From: Polyangiaceae bacterium
GTDB taxonomy: Bacteria; Myxococcota_A; Polyangia; Polyangiales; Polyangiaceae
Length of the DNA: 15,743 nt
Reading direction: 5' to 3'
Assembly: GCA_044222475.1 (NCBI GenBank)
Contig: JBGANF010000165.1
Coordinates: forward strand, 1-15,743
Every line of letters begins with the position of its first letter. Position 1 is the stretch's first letter. A program made the translations under genes and the position numbers. Shown here in pieces: positions 15,742-15,743 of this stretch. Below the pieces are notes generated by a model that was given only the letters and a program-made list of their open reading frames with translations, was not told where the DNA came from and ran no database searches.

Positions 15742-15743
15742 CG

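Overview
High-GC window that reads like core chromosome of a myxobacterium (Myxococcota, Polyangiaceae-like). This is inferred from a eukaryote-like membrane Ser/Thr kinase, a MYXO-CTERM-type sorting tail and a GPNGSAKST-type PrkA. Gene order: (CT)18 microsatellite | <- Ser/Thr kinase <- oppF <- oppD | DNRLRE-like lipoprotein -> DsbD-N-like secreted protein -> PrkA/YeaG AAA kinase -> MATE transporter -> class III fructose-1,6-bisphosphatase -> | <- hypothetical <- tatD | TonB C-terminal-domain protein -> | repeat/hairpin cluster <- tRNA-Met(CAT) <- large FG-GAP-repeat surface protein (probably 5'-truncated). The most unusual structure is the 152 bp at and downstream of the tRNA-Met 3' end. Two perfect 53-bp direct repeats (period 99 bp) each contain the last 14 nt of the tRNA plus a hairpin, and they flank a 12-bp perfect palindrome. 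All three hairpins carry a GAGCGRAGC motif at the apex. Other notable points are mirror-symmetric divergent intergenic regions, apparent leaderless promoters and a long (CT)n tract. No integrase, transposase or CRISPR array is visible. All family assignments come from motif recognition by eye, not database searches.
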